Position numbers and translations under genes: made by a program. From an uncultured bacterium (lineage in GTDB: Bacteria > CSSED10-310 > CAZUFC01), in contig CAZUFC010000142.1 in assembly GCA_964619725.1 (NCBI GenBank), positions 1-19,346 on the forward strand: DNA of 19,346 bases, written 5' to 3'. The notes beneath the pieces are model-generated. The model was given only the letters and a program-made list of their open reading frames with translations. It did not search any database and was not told where the DNA came from. This document shows positions 17,401 to 19,346 of the stretch, one piece after another (within the stretch, counting starts at the first letter, position 1; every line of letters begins with the position of its first letter).

Positions 17401-18397
17401 ACACGAGAATAAAAACATAATATCGAAATTTTATGAAACATCAAAAAACGGAGAAATAATTCTAAGGCTTCCTGAAAACTGTTCTGATTTAGAAGTTTCA
17501 TTAGATCAAACAGGATTTAATCATAAAGAATCTTACTTCCCAGAGGATAACGCATTTATTGAAATTGAAGTAAAATCAAACGACTGCAATTCATTCATTG
17601 ACTTGTACGGTGAAAATTCATGTCTGCTCCTGCGAGAATTAACTGACGGAAAATTGAAGACTCTCATGGATGCATTGGAACAAAAAACTGAAATAAATAC
17701 TAGCGTTTTAGCATTTGCCGAATCCATGAATTTGAAAAACCGAAGCGGAAATGTCACGCTCGTTAATAAATTTCCACCCTTTATCGGTTTTTCCAGTGAT
17801 GAGATAAAAAGACATTTTTGTGAATTACCGTTTAAATTTAATTTTTTTTCTACGATACCGTATATTATTGATAAAAAAATGCAGCTAATAAAATCAGATG
17901 ATAAAATATCATTCGTTGAATTATTGTCGCGACTTGAAATCGAAGGTCTTATGAGCAAGAAAGACTGGAGGGAATTTTATGTTCTTAATCATAAACTCAT
18001 CAATCAAAGAGGCGGCGGGTTCTACCCGTACTTCAGAAAATATGACATCATATTTGTACCCGATAAGAGACAAATGAAAGAGTTTTTGCATTCTGAAAGT
18101 GAGTATTCTGTTCCATTCAAAATTCCTGAAAAAAAGCCTCCTGATTTTCATAACCGAAACTTGGATTCGGAGACCAACCCACGATTAAGTTTTCCCCAGC
18201 ATCCAGACGAATACAAGCTTAAAAGAATATTCAAATGCTGGTTTGGAGCAAGGGGCTACGACGCACATATTAGGAGTCAAAAACGAAAAGTGAAAAAGAA
18301 ATACAAGGAAGAAGACATAATAGAGCTGGTTCTCGACAAAAAAATCATAAAAAGGATAAATGAAAAAATTAAGCCGCCAATAAAGTCATTCTTTTGA
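14453..18397 (+). CDS. Large exported protein (1314 aa): TolB/PD40-type beta-propeller, tandem beta-sandwich repeats, possible C-terminal LysM-like domain
   Basis: Signal ..FVTVSA|H. PD40-like blades ITPDGKYVSF, WAPDSRHYVF, PQFAP, YPEWHPSGLGLIFS, VFSPKGSRIAYFS, PSWSPDGAFLTYI. Repeats LVDYHTGIPVKNA, PVADAVIEI..TGKDG, IRDSQGHVLHDA, LIDEDGHPVYDA, ETSKNG. Not tolB itself: no TolB N-terminal domain and no tol-pal context. Confidence 0.85.
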   Translation: MNRKIKTATFVIEVVLTCLNFVTVSAHKTVPRITPDGKYVSFQEYDSSGKLGISIYEIMQNGKISKIPKIDLSLPLYETDSSDESDVAFRFGEIKKTTSKIERESTAFFAWAPDSRHYVFEKYTLTGNDLHFGSIDDTETQSVRITFDEEIELDPQFAPLSFPPERKDESYFFVAFSKRGSLFIARIPKSAGSYNDKSDKVVVKQVTFDTSFSDCYPEWHPSGLGLIFSRRTLTGYDLYFLDYKKILKFIHSENENLFLEDQAECCLNLPYSDELHGVFSPKGSRIAYFSNLTHPNNRKLFNIHISWFWNPENWKRKTIGKKPAFSDLHTDEPVLTEQTIPLGPSWSPDGAFLTYIANKPNLDYPLVVCRSFNPKTKAYAKSITNNVNCAFFPCSERSKVCLLTCRKESKGLNIVADSFDVLSKSTRKTEEELYRFIESTQAFEQSFSFKLVDYHTGIPVKNAEFEFSENHSAGCFYSSLLDGYVCGLYRSPGNLIENSLLVEWKKDGKPADTSFYNLNLKSLKNSELYVFEPLYEIVQFRKEALQDASGKKLDISKENIEVEILSQKRDKKGNNLEIVELDHEQFKIAFPDSMFGKTCKLELNIEGYSLPYSNELEGNSAAINIGSRASGGIFDLRIVKKYLERDIFIVNGGVTPFGIDNWPVADAVIEIRNKFIESKTFNTGKDGRVRIKIHEANKNETKISASGFEAVNLDPAYLKNNPDMKVLLTPRNNKWIFWIRDSQGHVLHDAKVQIKMGIGRHNKMLKFSDEPHDIDFPFSYSTFCNSDKPLVFELPFPKPIPNYYSGKITIEHSACRNGEKIIDIKDIDTNLEINFICVGNPDELQGILLYLIDEDGHPVYDAGFRQTGGSTLGLKQSVSLEAGAYLIKDISSLNELEIECPDFQKKDERAVKIVRDKIYAVKLKKIAQKNSHSSKYRKIKIKTYCTLKIYEDLPRFKGLPEDFFNRKIFLPYVRLSVSYCPNKHENKNIISKFYETSKNGEIILRLPENCSDLEVSLDQTGFNHKESYFPEDNAFIEIEVKSNDCNSFIDLYGENSCLLLRELTDGKLKTLMDALEQKTEINTSVLAFAESMNLKNRSGNVTLVNKFPPFIGFSSDEIKRHFCELPFKFNFFSTIPYIIDKKMQLIKSDDKISFVELLSRLEIEGLMSKKDWREFYVLNHKLINQRGGGFYPYFRKYDIIFVPDKRQMKEFLHSESEYSVPFKIPEKKPPDFHNRNLDSETNPRLSFPQHPDEYKLKRIFKCWFGARGYDAHIRSQKRKVKKKYKEEDIIELVLDKKIIKRINEKIKPPIKSFF

Positions 18398-18439
18398 CGA
18401 ATCAGTTTTATCAGATTCAACAAGGAGGATAATTGCAAT

Positions 18440-19165
18440 ATGAATAATAAACATAATGAGAAATTCGATAATTACCCTTTGCCGGAAGGATCGGATTTTT
18501 TCGAAACGAGTCAACAAGCAACGACTATGACAATTCTGAAAAAAAGAAAATCCAGCGGTAAAAGAATTTTTGGTTTATCTGTACTGATCATTCTCCCTCT
18601 AATCATTTTCGGACTTTATTACCTGCTCTTAGTATATGATAAAATTGAAAACGCTCAAAAAGCAGAAAAAATCGATGACTTTGATCCTACATCCGTAATG
18701 GTTAAATTGAATCGGAAAAATGATGACTCTAAAAATGAATTTGTTGGAACTTGCCTTTCAGAAAATTATGTTCTGAGCCGAATGAACGATGCGTACAAAT
18801 TTTCCAGTTTCTATATTGAAACAACAGATGGAATTAAGGAAAATGTGTCCGTCATAGATTACGACGGATATTCAAAACTCTGCATATTGAAAACGAATAG
18901 ATCAGAATTTAATCCCCATTTGAAACCCACTCGTTTCGGGTTTTTCGAACAGAACGCAGACTCGATAATTCTCATCGATAAAGGAAATTTTAAGCGTTAC
19001 GATTCTGAAATGGCGATGGCTGCCTTTACGAAGAACAAAAAAGAAGAAGAATGGGGGATTCTTCTGGACAAATACCACGCCGTCATCGGGATTATTTTCT
19101 GGCCTGATCCGCAAAATTACGATTATGCATTTTTGCCCATAAACGCGTTAACAAGAGATTTTTGA
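18440..19165 (+). CDS. Single-pass membrane protein with a degenerate trypsin-like (HtrA/S1C-like) domain, probably non-catalytic
   Basis: Strong RBS AAGGAGG at 18422-18428. KKRKSSGKR precedes TM IFGLSVLIILPLIIFGLYYLLLVY. S1C scaffold motifs occur in the right order: SVMVK, VGTCLSENYVLS, VIDYD...LCILK, G.LLD...AVIGI, YAFLPI. Confidence 0.75.
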   Translation: MNNKHNEKFDNYPLPEGSDFFETSQQATTMTILKKRKSSGKRIFGLSVLIILPLIIFGLYYLLLVYDKIENAQKAEKIDDFDPTSVMVKLNRKNDDSKNEFVGTCLSENYVLSRMNDAYKFSSFYIETTDGIKENVSVIDYDGYSKLCILKTNRSEFNPHLKPTRFGFFEQNADSIILIDKGNFKRYDSEMAMAAFTKNKKEEEWGILLDKYHAVIGIIFWPDPQNYDYAFLPINALTRDF

Positions 19166-19266
19166 TCGAAAAATGTCTTTGATAGCACATTGACGAAACT
19201 TCCGCTTTCTTCAATTCCATCATTTTCATTAATAATCCAAATAGCTTCTCTCTCTTTTCAATTTGA

Positions 19267-19294
19267 TGACCTAAAAATTGCTGACCTAAAAATT
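19267..19294. repeat. Perfect 13-bp direct repeat TGACCTAAAAATT x2 (15-bp period)
   Basis: Copies read directly at 19267-19279 and 19282-19294, downstream of the last + strand gene. Confidence 0.8.
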
Positions 19295-19346
19295 TCGTGT
19301 CCTTCCGGTAAGCATGCACAGGGCAAATTTTTTTCCACGGCAAGGC

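Noticed and set aside
14453-18397. Calling the 1314-aa gene tolB or an outer-membrane beta-barrel/TonB-dependent receptor (ends in FF)
   Set aside because: No TolB N-terminal domain or tolQRA/pal neighbours. The C-terminus is Lys-rich and lacks alternating amphipathic strands. No barrel protein is evident anywhere in the window.
1151-19114. Many 60-141 aa ORFs on the minus strand or in alternative + frames (e.g. 3555-3803, 6038-6265, 8990-9361, 10035-10433, 17533-17958)
   Set aside because: All lie within or across long motif-bearing genes and show no recognisable motifs; treated as shadow ORFs.
1-19346. Mobile element, prophage, CRISPR array, tRNA or rRNA
   Set aside because: No integrase, transposase or phage motifs, no repeat-spacer array, and the intergenic gaps are short with no such structure visible.

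Overview
AT-rich bacterial DNA, coding almost entirely on the + strand. After three small or partial ORFs (1-725) and a near-consensus sigma70 promoter (TTGACA-N16-TATTAT, 801-828), one tightly packed run of 12-13 genes (887-19165) fills the window. It holds a complete but split Opp/Dpp-family peptide/nickel ABC transporter: two ATPases first (oppD, oppF), then, about 6 kb later, the SBP and two permeases (oppA, oppB, oppC). Between and after these lie exported proteins: a carboxypeptidase-regulatory/PEGA-like beta-sandwich repeat protein, a DUF11-like lipoprotein, a beta-sandwich-repeat + TPR lipoprotein, a PEGA + TPR protein, a secreted TPR protein, a 1314-aa TolB/PD40 beta-propeller + beta-sandwich protein with a possible LysM, and a membrane-anchored HtrA/trypsin-like domain that appears to lack all three catalytic residues. 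The transporter subunits differ from canonical Opp/Dpp motifs in several places. The main hypothesis is an uncharacterised cell-envelope machine built around a repurposed Opp/Dpp ABC core. All domain calls come from motif recognition by eye, not from database searches. No rRNA, tRNA, CRISPR array or mobile element was seen.
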